In this document: positions 39,813 to 51,945 of the stretch, one piece after another
How positions within the stretch are numbered: the first letter of the stretch is position 1
Layout: each line of letters begins with the position of its first letter
Source: Octopus vulgaris
Taxonomy: Eukaryota
Length of the DNA stretch: 64,000 nucleotides
Direction of reading: 5' to 3'
Assembly: GCA_951406725.2 (NCBI GenBank)
Contig: OX597814.1
Span: forward strand, 164,176,001 to 164,240,000
Program-made: the position numbers and the translations under genes
Notes under the pieces: model-generated
What the model was told of the DNA's origin: nothing
What the model saw: only the letters and a program-made list of their open reading frames with translations
Database searches by the model: none

Positions 39813-40065
39813 TAGAGGCACGTGGCCTAGTGGTTAGGGTATCAGCATCAGGATCATAAGATTGTGGTTTCGATTCCTGAACTGGGTGACGCGTTGTGTT
39901 CTTGAGCAAAACACTTTATTTCACGTTGCTCCAGTCCACTCAGCTGGCAAAAATGAGTAACGCTGCGATGGACTGGCATCCCATCCAGCTGGGGAACACG
40001 TACACCATTGAAACAGGGAAACTGGGCCCATGAGCCTGCTAGGCTTTAAAAGGGTGCATTTATTT
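39813..40065 (+). mobile_element. tRNA-derived SINE family D
   Basis: gtggcctagtggttagg (A box) ... ggtttcgattcc (B box). Confidence 0.75.
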
Positions 40066-40123
40066 AATTTTTATTTATGATGAGGTAGTTTTGGTGAAGG
40101 ATTGTATGGTATAACTTTAAAGA

Positions 40124-40348
40124 GATTTGTTGTGTAAGGCGAGAAGGTACAAAGTAAATTACAAAAGGAAAAGAAAACAAAACAAAGTTGCAGTTTCACC
40201 TTGCATTTCTATATTTCGGGTGAAGAAGGGGTCCTTACCACGAACTATAGAAATACAAGGTAAAACTGCAACGTTGTTTTGTCATCTTTTCCTTTTGTAA
40301 TTTACTTTGCACCTTCTTGCATATTGTTCAGCCTTACACAACAAATCA
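40124..40348. repeat. Imperfect fold-back inverted repeat, arms about 100 bp
   Basis: gatttgttgtgtaaggc..gaaggtacaaagtaaattacaaaaggaaaaga..ttgcagtttcaccttgcatttctata is mirrored downstream. Confidence 0.88.
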
Positions 40349-40734
40349 CTTCATACTTTTATTTGTTCTTTCTTTAATATTGTGATATCATTCTATAATT
40401 TCCTTTTCACAAGATATTTCTCAAATTAATTCGAAGTTAATGAGATATGTGAGCCATGCCATGCAAACATGGAATAGGGGATATTAAGATGATGATGATG
40501 CTGTAAATATATTGTGTGCTGAAAGACAAGTAAAAGGGTTAGTTGTAGGGAACCATAAGGATTAAGATTAGGAGCCTGCAAGGCTAATCCCTGCTGTAGA
40601 AGAGAAAATGGCTTTAAAATGCTGTAAACTTTCCTTTATTTTAAATTTTAATTTTCACTGTACTACATTTGTCAGGAAACAGTTCATATTAAATACATAT
40701 GCCTTTAGATCATAATAAATATCTAATATGTTTA

Positions 40735-41343
40735 TAGGCACAGGCATGGCAATGTGATAAGAAGCTTGCTTCCCAACCACATGATTCTAGGTTCAGTCCC
40801 ACTGTGTGGTATCTTGGGCAAGTGTCTTCTACTACAGCCTCAGGCTGACCAAAGCCTTGTGAGTAGATTTGGTAGATGGAAATTGAAAGAAGCCTGTCGT
40901 GTGTGTATGTGTGTAAACTGGCCTTCGTGCTGGTGGCACGTAAAAGCACCCACTACACTCTCGGAGTGGTTGGCGTTAGGAAGGGCATCCAACTGTAGAA
41001 ATTCTGCCAGATCAGATTGGAGTCTGGTTTGCCAGACCTCAGTCAAATCGTCCAACCCATGCTAGCAAGGAAAGCGGACGTTAAATGATGATGATGATGA
41101 TGATGATATATATATATATATATGTTTATTTATTTGTTTGTGTCTGTGTTTGTCTCCCCACCATCACTTGACAGCTGATGTTGGTGTGTTTATGTCCCCA
41201 TAACTTAGCAGTTCAGCAAAAGTGACTGATAGAATAAGTACCAGGCTTACAAAAAATAAGTCCAGGGTTCGATTTCTTTGACTAAAAGGCGGTGCTCCAG
41301 CATGGCTACAGTCAACACGATTGAAACAAGTAAAAGAATAAAA
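40735..41343 (+). mobile_element. SINE A with a nested RTE-tail repeat (40917-41106) in its internal microsatellite
   Basis: SINE head 40735-40915, insert ending (GAT)n, SINE tail resumes at about 41130. Confidence 0.82.
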
Positions 41344-41774
41344 GAAATGTTTAAATAACACCAAACAACAACTGCTGGTGTTACTGCCGCCACACTGCCA
41401 TCATTATCACTGTTTAATGCCCCTTGCTGGTATGATTTGGTTGGTTTGACAGGCGTCAGCAAGGCAGAGGACTATGTCAAGGTCTAAAGTTTGCTTTCAC
41501 ATGATTTCTACTGCTGGATGTCCTTCCTAATGCTTCAGATGTTGGTTTCAAATTTTTGTACAAGGCCAGCAATTTCAGGGAAGCTGGTGAGTCGATTAAA
41601 TTATGCATTACATTTGACAGAGTAATCCGAATGCTAAAGGGTTGTTGTTTCTATGTACAAAACAACTTCAAACCAACTCAAACCTTGTTTATAAAAGTTT
41701 ATCATTAGAAGCAAAATAATAATAATAAAGATAGATTCTGATAAAGCAAAAAGGTAAAATTATGTAACTTTTAT

Positions 41775-42172
41775 ATGGCTGTGTGGTAAGTAGCTTGCTT
41801 ACCAACCACATGGTTCCGGGTTCAGTCCCACTGCGTGGCACCTTGGGTATGTGTTTTCTACTATAGCCTCGGGCCGACCAAAGCCTTGTGAGTGGATTTG
41901 GTAGACGGAAACTGAAAGAAGCCCATCGTATATATGTATATATATATATGCGTGTGTGTGTGTTTGTGTCTGTGTTTGTCCCCCTAGCATTGCTTGACAA
42001 CCGATGCTGGTGTGTTTATGTCCCCGTTACTTAGCGGTTCGGCAAAAGAGACCGATAGAATAAGTACTGGGCTTACAAAAGAATAAGTCCCGGGGTCGAG
42101 TTGCTCAATTAAAGGTGGTGCTCCAGCATGGCCGCAGTCAAATGACTGAAACAAGTAAAAGAGTAAAGAGAG
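41775..42172 (+). mobile_element. SINE family A, young copy
   Basis: Highly similar to 19508-19915. Confidence 0.88.
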
Positions 42173-42741
42173 TATTTCAAGCATAAAGGCCATTATCAAA
42201 AGTAAATAACTTAAAGAAATGTAAATTTATGTACTCCTTGCCATGTTGATTGCTATACAGGCAGTGACCCTGCTTCATCTGTGTAGTGGACAATATTACA
42301 ATCAAGATATTGCAAGAACAGAATCATTATAAAAATAACTTAATCATCTTTGTTAGGTGTGCAGTGCTCACTTAACAAACCCATTCTATACATCCCTGAT
42401 TTTAACAAGCCTTATCTTGTTTCAGTGAATTCAGATACATATAAAATATATTCCTACACAGGGTACTAAAGATGCCGAACAATATGAAGTTGGACAAGAT
42501 GCATTACATTATTAAGCCTTGTCCCTTTCAATTTCGAGTCGAAATCCATTGAAGCTTAGATTCAGTTCCAGTTCTCGAAGATTGACAAAATATGTGTCAG
42601 TAATACACTGGTATTGATTCAATTAATTCATATATCAATGCTACAAAATTCAACCATGTCTCAGTAAGACATTGACGTATCGTGCCATAAATATTCAAAT
42701 TTTGGTAGATGTCATTCTGTATAAAAAAAGAATAGAGTTAC

Positions 42742-42811
42742 CTGTATTCCTTCGTTCTGTCCACAATTAAATGTTTATGTTGTATAATCTTTTGGGCAAG
42801 GCAATTACTGG
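42742..42811 (-). CDS. NAGPA: NAGPA juxtamembrane exon (ASNCLAQKIIQHKHLIVDRTKEYR)
   Basis: Good acceptor (ttattaattatag|) and donor (AG|gtaac). 70 nt converts phase 1 to phase 2, exactly as the last exon requires. Confidence 0.8.
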
Positions 42812-42944
42812 CTATAATTAATAAAAACAAATTACAGGTTATAATCAGCCAAAATACAAAAAAAAGTGAACTATTTTTCGTACTCAAACTTTCAACATAA
42901 TCTTACTTCAAAACACAAAGCTAGAGAGAAGAGAAAGGGAATTA

Positions 42945-42948
<4 letters not shown>

Positions 42949-42991
<43 letters not shown>
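42949..42991. repeat. (GA)n microsatellite
   Basis: Direct reading. Confidence 0.95.
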
Positions 42992-42996
<5 letters not shown>

Positions 42997-43522
42997 AGGA
43001 GAGGAAAATATATGAATAAAAGGTACAAAAGTTTACATATGATACAAAACAATGTTACTTGACTATTGGAAATCTTTATAAAATATATTATTAAATTTAA
43101 AGTCACCTCCACCCTTAGTACTCCAGCATTAACTACAACCATGAGTACTATCAATCCTTCTGGTAGTCACACAAAATAACAATGTAGCCTATGAATTTAC
43201 ATGACAATTGCCGAGATCATACAATATCTTGTACTTATGAAATAGGTTATAATCTTGGCATAATAAATAAACCAGAAGACATTCCTACAGTTAATTATTC
43301 AACAGTAAAATGATATCTGCAGTCAAGCCAGCTGAGGTAAACAGACTTGAGTGCTTTCCAAGAGTCTTAGCACAAAGGTTGTAATAAGCTTAACCCATGA
43401 TCATATAGCCAGTAGTTCATGACCAGTTTTTTTCTTTTTTTTGAGTTCACAACTAATGTGTCTATTAACAACAGATATTTTTTTTTTTTAAAAAGAGGAA
43501 ATAAAAAGCTATGGGAATTCAC

Positions 43523-43648
43523 CTTGAAAAATATGTTTGGAATAAGCTGAAGATATAATACATCTTCCAGTAATATGATCACAGCCACAAGCAGCGGGGC
43601 ACATACAGACATGTTTACATCGGTCACCATAGAAACCAAAAGGACAGC
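43523..43648 (-). CDS. NAGPA: NAGPA exon, further EGF-like repeat (GCPFGFYGDRCKHVCMCPAACGCDHITGRCIISSAYSKHIFQ)
   Basis: CPxGFYGxxC...CDxxTGxC motif; tttatag| and |gtgaat; phase 1-1. Confidence 0.88.
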
Positions 43649-43756
43649 CTATAAATGAAGGAGAATTTCAAGCATTAAAAACCTCATAAAACTAAATCAA
43701 CTGTGGTTAAAAGAAAACATGCAGCTCATTGGTTCTTAACAATTTTTTGTGACATA

Positions 43757-44010
43757 ATCAATGGAAATTGTAGCTGTGATACCAGTGCCGGTGGCATGTA
43801 AGAGAACCATCCAAACGTGGCCATTGCCAGCGCCGCCCTGACTGGTCTCCATGCCTGTGGCACGTAAAAAAAAGCACCATCCGATTGTGGCCGTTGCCAG
43901 TCTCGTCTGGCCCCCGTGCCTGTGGCACATAAAAAGCACTATCCGATCATGGCAGTTTGCCAGCCTCGTCTGGAAAGCGGACGTTAAATGATGATGATGA
44001 TGATGATAAT
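43757..44010 (+). mobile_element. RTE-tail repeat with internal deletion
   Basis: ggtggcacgtaaaagcacc units jump directly to ggaaagcggacgttaaatgatgatg. Confidence 0.7.
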
Positions 44011-44629
44011 GATTATGTTTTGCCCAATGGTTAACTTTGAGATAATAGCAAACTTGACCCTGAAATCCAAGAAAAAAGACAGCTTTGGAATACTGGTGTG
44101 CACTAAAGTGTGGTTTCCAATAAAGCAACTGCAGAGTATTAATATGCTTTGAAATACAGCGCAGGATTTAGAATTTTCAGCTACTTGCATCTCTGACCAA
44201 CATAACAACTTCCTAAACACAGCATTGCATTGATGACATCAATCTCAACTTATCTCTTTGAAGTCATCATTCTCAGTAACTTCAATGCATAAGACTATTT
44301 TTATCGTTTGCACTTCTCACACACTAACTCTACATAAAAGCTGGATTGTTTACACTCCTGATCTGTCTGTACTCATTAGCTTCATCACTGATTCATATCT
44401 TTGACCGAGCACACCAGTGTACATACTTTTACCCTGTCATTACCATCCCTGCTTCACTGAATCAGTCGACTATTGCATAGTTAAGGTAGTACAGTTATGG
44501 TCTCTGAATGCACAAAATCTGAACTTGATCCATTTGATGCTTCATATTAAAGGGTCAATATCTACCAGTTCTAAGCTAACAGATACCATCTTCATAGGTA
44601 TGTTCTTTCCAAATGGTAATAAAAACAAA

Positions 44630-44862
44630 AGGTGACGAGCTGGCAGAAACGTTAGCACGCTGGGCGAAATGCGTAGCTGTATTTCGTCTGCCGTTATGTT
44701 GTGAGTTCAAATTCTGCCGAGGTCAACTTTGCCTTTCATCCTTTCGGGGTCGATAAATTAAGTACCAGTTGCGCACTGGGGTCAATGTAATCGACTTAAT
44801 ACCTATGTCTGTCCTTGTTTGCCCCCTTTATGTTTGGCCCCTTGTGGGTAATAAAGAAATAG
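44630..44862 (+). mobile_element. SINE family B
   Basis: gagctggcagaaacgttagc...gagttcaaattc head; flanked by repeated ggtaataaaaacaaaa (TSD-like). Confidence 0.85.
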
Positions 44863-45329
44863 GTAATAAAAACAAAACCTTTTATGTGAATTGTTTTACT
44901 GACTGAAGTGATCAAATGTACACCTGCTTTGATTTCAGCATGTTGGTCTCATGACACAAAGGTAAACTGAGAGTGTGTTCTGTATCATAGCTTGCTAAAA
45001 GTAGTAGCCAAACATTCCTCTTTAAAGGACAAATTGAAGAATGTAGTCTGAGGTGTACTGTGTCAGAATAATCAAGATAGACAAGATTGAAGTATTTTTG
45101 ATCATAGATCTGCTTGATCAAAACTAACCTGGGGCTAAAACAATAGCAACAACAGCAAATGTCTACAATGTAGCATACCACCCAAATGGTTGTGAAGTGT
45201 TCTGGAATCAAGCAATTTAGCAAAATCTTCCTACTGTTCATTTCTCAACCAAGACAGCTCCAGTAGAAACTTCCAGTTGACACAGTTACCACTTTTGTTA
45301 CTTGTTTTATTATTATTATTATCATTATT

Positions 45330-45559
45330 ATTTGTTTCTTTATTGCCCACAAGGGGCTAAACATAGAGGCGACAAACAAGGACAAAGGGATTAAGTTGAT
45401 TACATCGACCCCAGTGTGTAACTGGTACTTATTTAATCGACCCCGAAAGGATGAAAAGCAAAGCCAACCTTGGTGGAATTTGAACACGGAACGTAGCGGC
45501 AGACGAAATACTGCTAAGCATTTCGCCCGGCATGCAAACGATTCTGCCAGCTCACCGCC

Positions 45560-45560
<1 letters not shown>
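45330..45560 (-). mobile_element. SINE family B, inverted relative to 44630-44862
   Basis: Reverse-complement homology. Confidence 0.85.
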
Positions 45561-45591
<31 letters not shown>

Positions 45592-46378
45592 CAGTTTGGT
45601 TTGGAAGAAGGGTCTGTATCCATGACTTTGGAAAGCTCTCCAAGACTAGTACAGAGATAATATCAATGTTCATCTTGGAAAAGTCCCAATTTAAAGGTTG
45701 CAGGGAAGGAATGTGCAGAGAGGGATTTCCAGTAAACCAATGTTCTGGGGAGGAAAGAGAGAGAATGGTGGATAGAGAGAATGGACTGCCAAGTGAGTGA
45801 GATATGCCTGAGTAGAGGTGGTACAAAATCAGAAAACTCAGAGGACTAGAGGGCTGTCATACTTAACACTGTATACATGCAATAAATCTTTGAAACTCTA
45901 TTGATGGTCAGCAATATATTTTAAAATGGGATCTACAGAAGTCAGTAGGTCTTAACATAGCAGCCAGATGATCAGTGTAATTGACTTCTTATTATCTTCA
46001 AAGAAGGTACTACAAAAATCAATAAAGTAGCTTTTATGCTCAATTAGCTCAATGTACTATTGAAATGTAGCTCAACAAACTCATTATAATCTTTGAAATG
46101 GGGATCACATAACTCATAATTGTATGGCAACATACTTTACAATAAAAATGAATTGACCATGGTTAGAATTGCACTCATACACTGACGTTAAACTCAAACA
46201 AACAAGATAGACATATTTGTACACCAATTATTAAAAAATTATGAGCTCTTTCTGAATATCTAATTAGCCATATCCATGCCATGCTTTCTTAAGTAAATGT
46301 AATCAACAAATTCCACAACAACTATGCTTAATTAGAATTGAGGCTATTACACAACTACAATAAAAATAATGAACTTAC

Positions 46379-46555
46379 CGTCTTGACAAAAATCTCCAAC
46401 AAATCCAGGCGGACATGTACAAGCACCAGTAAAAAGGTTACAAGTAGAATTATGTTGACAGAGACAAAGTTGACTGCAGTTGACTCCATATCTGCCATGT
46501 GGACAAGGAACATGACAATCATCCCCCATCCATCCTTCAGTACAAAGACAACCAG
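46379..46555 (-). CDS. NAGPA: NAGPA exon, EGF-like repeats (AGCLCTEGWMGDDCHVPCPHGRYGVNCSQLCLCQHNSTCNLFTGACTCPPGFVGDFCQD)
   Basis: EGF cysteine spacing; symmetric phase 1-1 exon; attattag| and |gtaag. Confidence 0.93.
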
Positions 46556-47176
46556 CTAATAATGATAAAATACAAACAATTAAATCAGTATTTTGAGCAA
46601 TAACTCTTTTTAATTTTGGTACAAGGTCAACAATTTTGAAGGGAAAGTGAAGTCAATAACATCAACCCCAGTACTCAACTGGTACTTACTTTATTGACTT
46701 CTAAAGGATAAAATGTTAAGTTGACATTGGCAGCATTTGAACTCAGAATGTAAAAAGCAGAAAGAAAAAGCAGGATTGAGTGTAGCCTTAACTGGGATAT
46801 AATACAGAAGGCGCAGCCTTATAGAGATAGTCAATACGGGTGTGAGCTGTGCTCTATGGAAATTTATGAGATTTTTAAGTATAGGGAAAAGAACAACCTG
46901 ATTAATAATAAGTTAGACCTAAGGGTATCATGCATGCATAACATCACTTGTACATTTAAGTATTTTCATAACAAACGATTATAAGTGCCATACTTGAACT
47001 ATGATGGTGGAAATTAATTTTGGTGTCGTATCTGTTATAAACTTACCCACTAGTATTAAAGATAACAAAATCATGGGATATTATGTTATATGGTGAATTA
47101 AATTGCATTGCATATGTTATAAGCTATATGTTATGGTATGTAGTGTGCTATATATGATACTATCCGTTGATAACTC

Positions 47177-47568
47177 CTGCCTAGTTAGTCTGACTTCATT
47201 CTATTGGTGATTACACTATTTTCATTTCTATGATGTTCTACCCTACTTATCATATTATGTATATTTGTAGTGACTTTATGTAAGTAAGTCTCCTTTCAAC
47301 TAAATTATATACCTACTAGAAACTATAAAATCATACATACAATAGCACCTGTAACATTACAACTTACAAAATCTGCCTAGTTAGTCTGACTTCATTCTAT
47401 TGGTGATTACACTATTTTCATTTCTATGATGTTCTACCCTACTGATCATATTATGTATATTTGTAGTGACTTTATGTAAGTAAGTCTCCTTTCAACTAAA
47501 TTATATACCTACTAGAAACTATAAAATCATACATACAATAGTACCTGTAACATTACAACTTACAAAAT
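47177..47568. repeat. 196-bp tandem duplication
   Basis: 47177-47372 and 47373-47568 differ at only two positions that I could see. Confidence 0.93.
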
Positions 47569-47832
47569 CTCTTCAGTCTGAATACCTTTGACTATTACCC
47601 CCTCTTTTCAGGTTACCTTTATCTCTTCCCAACCTCAAATTTTAATCCCCTGTCTCTTTAAATGTAGGTTATATGTATTTCTTATTATTTTCTATAAATT
47701 CTTATTTTGTTTTCTTACTTTGAAATCCTTACCTATTAACCTCTTATCTCTTATAAATTGTTACTTTTCTTGCTCTTAAATAGATATTTTTCAGTTACTT
47801 AAGTCTATGCGAGATGATTAAACTATATCCAT

Positions 47833-47876
<44 letters not shown>

Positions 47877-48162
47877 TATAAACATATAAATATCTGTGTA
47901 TGTGTATATGTGCATATATATAAATGAGTGTGTATCTGTACACATCTTTATTTTTTTCTGATTCATGGCTTACAATTAATATATAGATAGCATGTTTATC
48001 TTTCCAGTTATTCAATAAGAAAATGCCCTGAGCAGTCTTTATAGAAACCACCTAATAAGTAATTAATTAAGTACATGAATGAATATTAAACTGTTTCTAT
48101 GAACTGCATCACTACATTATATCCTGTTACTTATTTTGATTTTACACATATATATATATATC

Positions 48163-48745
48163 ACCGTGACCGACCAGGCTATCAGATGTTGCTACACATC
48201 GCTGGTCACAATGCACTTCCCATTGTTTTAGCCTTCAAATGATGCCAACCCACTGGCTAAGCGAGCAAGCCAGCAGAAGAAAGAGTGACAGAAAGTAGTG
48301 GTGAAAGAGTACAGCAGGGATCGCCACCATCCCCTGCCGGAGCCTCGTGCAGCTTTAGGTCTTTTCACTCAATAACACTCACAACACCTGGTCTGGGAAT
48401 CGAAGCCGCGATCCTACGACCACGAGTCTGCTGCCCTAACCACTGGGACGTTGCGCCTCCACATACATCCCATACAGTGCCATGTGAAAGCACCTGTGCT
48501 GCACCACATAAAAGTGCCTGTGCAGTGCCACATAAAAGCATCTATGCAGCACCACAAAAGTACCTGTGCAGCCCCACATAAATGCACCCAAGCAGTGCCA
48601 TGTAAAATCACCCAGCATACTCTGTAAAGTGGTTGGCATAAGGAAGGGCATCGAATCATAGAAACCATGCCAAATCAGACTGATGCAGCTCCCCAGCTCT
48701 GGTCAAATCGTCCAACCCATAGACAATAGACGTTAAATGATGATG
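48163..48745. mobile_element. SINE D-type (-, 48163-48460) and RTE-tail repeat (+, 48470-48745)
   Basis: tRNA-like head on the minus strand; tandem gccacataaaagcac units and (GAT)n tail. Confidence 0.7.
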
Positions 48746-48781
48746 ATAATTAGATGGTTGTTTGTTAAGACTGGTCAGAAA

Positions 48782-48874
48782 GTACATTATTTACATTTGA
48801 TGGATATTTGTCCACATCTTGTTTGTTGTTAACACAAGATGAGGACAAATATCCATCAAATGTGAATAATGTAC
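48782..48874. repeat. 41-bp-arm hairpin (39/41 matches) from the same family as 63826-64000
   Basis: 48782-48822 versus 48834-48874. Confidence 0.9.
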
Positions 48875-49329
48875 ATAATTACTCATCTCTTAAATATAGA
48901 ACTGTATGGTCAGAAAGTGACCATTAGTTTCACACCTATGGTCACTCTTTGACCGGCCATAACAAACAACCTTCTAAATATATTACTGCTATGTTTTAAC
49001 GTCTGCATTTGTTTTTGGATATATGAACTACTGATGATATATTCATTCATTCGATTCTCATTGTGCTTTGTGGCACTCGAGGTGGCAGCAAGATCATTCC
49101 ATCTTCTAACACTGAAAGCATCCTTAACAGATTGTTCCATAGTTGACCCTCTGCTTTTTAGATTTCCTTTGGTTGGCCATGTCTTCTTTTACCTTGTGGA
49201 ACCCATTGCAAAGCGATCCTGGCAACAAACTCAAGCCAACCATTTCCATCTCCTTGCTTCAACAGTTTCTCTTATTGGTTTTACGTTTGCCTTGGTGTGT
49301 AGTTGACTATTCGAGATCATATTTGGCCA

Positions 49330-49557
49330 GTATTGGACATTGTTGTAGAGCTGAAAACGAGGCAATTTCTACTCTTCTCCTCTGGAAGCCATATACTCGC
49401 AATACCAGAGGGCGCACACTCTCCTACCCTGATGTAATCTCCAGGGATACAGGCATCCAACAATAGGACCTATGTAATGCTATGATGGACCGTGAAGTCT
49501 GGCGTAGCATGGTAAATTCCATTGTCTCGACCACGGTCGAACAATGATGATGATGAT
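49330..49557 (+). mobile_element. 3' end of second RTE-like LINE family
   Basis: Near-identical to 37867-38090. Confidence 0.8.
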
Positions 49558-49713
49558 TGGCCAGTATACTTTCAAAATTTATATACATACATGCATACAT
49601 ACACACACACACACACACTTTTCCTTGGTTAGTCTGGAGTGTCCATACTACTGTCTCATGAGGCATGTTCATTGAAGCAATTTTGAAATATATTTCAAGA
49701 ATGTTCTACGTAC

Positions 49714-49913
49714 CTTCTGTACATTTCCCATGTTCACTGCAGTCATTTTCACATTTAACAGTTTGACACTGATCACCTGACCAGAGACCTGAACAGTTAC
49801 AACGACCAAAGACACACTGACCGTGTCCATTACAGTCAGGGGGATCACAAAGAGGTTCATGTACACACAATATTGTTGACACCTCACGAGGACATCGGAA
49901 CTTTTTATCACTA
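49714..49913 (-). CDS. NAGPA: NAGPA exon, end of catalytic domain plus EGF-like repeats (CSDKKFRCPREVSTILCVHEPLCDPPDCNGHGQC...CSEHGKCTE)
   Basis: Matches RCPRQVSTVVCVHEPRCQPPDCHGHGTC; tandem acceptor tagtag; donor G|gtacgt. Confidence 0.95.
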
Positions 49914-50342
49914 CTAAATAAAAAGAAATACAAAAAAAAAAATAAACAGCATAAAAACCAAACAGAAAAAGAAAAGCAATTTTCACTCAAAATACATGTC
50001 ATATAACATTGTAGGTTAATTTTTACTGTTTCTCGTTATGATTTCAGATAATTGGTGGTAACAAAGGGATTCTTTCGCTTTGCCAAAAGTAAAAGATAGG
50101 AAACCTAATGCTGCATATTTTACCTTTTAGTTATTTTCAGTCACTGGACAGTAGTCATGCTGGGGAACCAACTTGAAGGGTGCCCTTCCTAACACCAACC
50201 AGTCTGAGAGTGTAATGGGCACTTTAATGTGCCACTGGCATGGGTGCCATTTGCATGACACTGGTACCTGCCATGTCTGTGATTTTGTTTGGCTAGATGG
50301 GTCTTCTTCTTAAGCATGACATAATGCCAAAGGGCTTGGTCA

Positions 50343-50530
50343 TTGCCTCTATGAGGCCCAACACTCGAAAGGAACTTGGCCACTTTGCCTCCGTGAGGCT
50401 CAACACTCAAAAAGAACTCAGCCACTTTGCCTCTGTGAGGCCCAACTCTTGAAAGGAACTTAGTCATTTTGCTTCCATGAGGCTCAACACTCGAAAGGAA
50501 CTTGGCCACTTTGCCTCCATGAGGCCCAGC
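50343..50530. repeat. 42-bp minisatellite, about 4.4 copies, within an RTE 3' fragment
   Basis: Unit ttgcctccgtgaggcccaacactcgaaaggaacttggccact; gives a 14-aa periodic ORF. Confidence 0.85.
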
Positions 50531-51157
50531 ATTTAAAAGTTAAATGTAATGACATTTAGAGGCGTTTTGTTCAGCTTAGAATATTAGAATCTTCTTCATA
50601 TCCAAATTGCTATAACTGTATCATTGTAACAGGCACAAGCATGGCTGTATGGTTAAGACGCTTGCTTTTGAACCATTTGATTTTGGGTTCAGTCTTACAG
50701 TATGGCACCTTGGGTGAGAGTCTTCTACCTAAACTCCAGGTCAACCAAGCTGTGTAAGAAGATTTGGTAGATGGAAACTGAAAGAAGCCTGTCATGTGTA
50801 TGTGTGTTTGTGTGCATCCAGTGTATGTGTGTATGTGTTGTGTACACATGTGAAGGTTGTAAATGAACATCATTGTCATATTAGCAAGGAAGTTTGTTTC
50901 TGTGAAAAACCTGTCTGGCCATGGAGAAATAGTACTTTGCTTGGAAACAAGTGAGGGTTAGAGGCAAGAAGGATATCTGGCTGTTGGTAAAATGGACATT
51001 AAATGACAATGCATAGTTGTCTCTTCAGTAAATTATGAAACACAAGGACACAAGCACATACACACACACAAATGCATACACAGACATATATATTTTTAAT
51101 TGTGTGGCATTTTTAATTTCAAAACTGAGACGGGTTACATCAAAATTTTTCTCTTAC

Positions 51158-51286
51158 CACATATCTGATGGGTTGTTGACCAAAGTTCCATTCATTACAA
51201 GTGTAACTGAGCCACCGCCATCTAAATTGATAGCATTGACTGCACCAAGGTCTTTCATGATGTCGGCCAATTCATACAAATTGATG
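51158..51286 (-). CDS. NAGPA: NAGPA exon (INLYELADIMKDLGAVNAINLDGGGSVTLVMNGTLVNNPSDM)
   Basis: Contains the catalytic-domain signature NAINLDGGGS; ctaacag| and |gtaag. Confidence 0.96.
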
Positions 51287-51945
51287 CTGTTAGCACAGAT
51301 GAGAAAATGTGTAAACTAGTAACAATAATAATATGAAATCAATCAAATATCAATAATGATACCAAAACAACTATGTTTTTTTTTATACCAAAACTTACAT
51401 CTTCATAAAAGGTATTTTTGAATAGTTGAAATAGCATTGATTTTCATCCCCAAAACTGATAATATTTTGACCATCTAATAACAACCCCGGCAACTATCTA
51501 ATAATTCTCAACAACAATCTTCTCCAATAACTATCTAGCAACACTTCCAATCTAACAACTCAAACAACCACATAACAACACCTCTAGCATCTATTTAACA
51601 ACTCCTCCAAAAGCTACATAACAGTGAACTAACAAATATATAATGAGTTATAATTTAGGTACAAAGCCAGCAATTTTGAGGGTAGCAAGTAAGTCAGTCA
51701 TCAATCCTCCGTACTTGGTTGACACTTTATTTTATGGACCCTAAGAAAGATGAAAGATAAAGCTAACCTCAATAGAATTTGAATTTAAGGTATAAATAAC
51801 CAGAACATATATTGCAAGGCATTTTTTTCCCTAGTCCTCTAAAGATTCTGCTAATCCACTACCCTTAATGAATATATTATATTAAAACTCACTACAATAA
51901 TATGACAACTCCTCCAACCACTATCAATTTTACAGTTATTTTTAA

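Noticed and set aside
39813-39890. Functional tRNA genes at SINE heads
   Set aside because: A/B boxes are present but there is no complete cloverleaf, and they run on into SINE bodies.
45245-45826. 193-aa and 134-aa ORFs
   Set aside because: Chance frames across a SINE and an (AAT)n tract; no protein motifs.
50343-50530. Regularly spaced 42-bp repeats as a CRISPR array or repeat protein
   Set aside because: Head-to-tail units with no unique spacers, no cas genes, eukaryotic context, inside an RTE tail.
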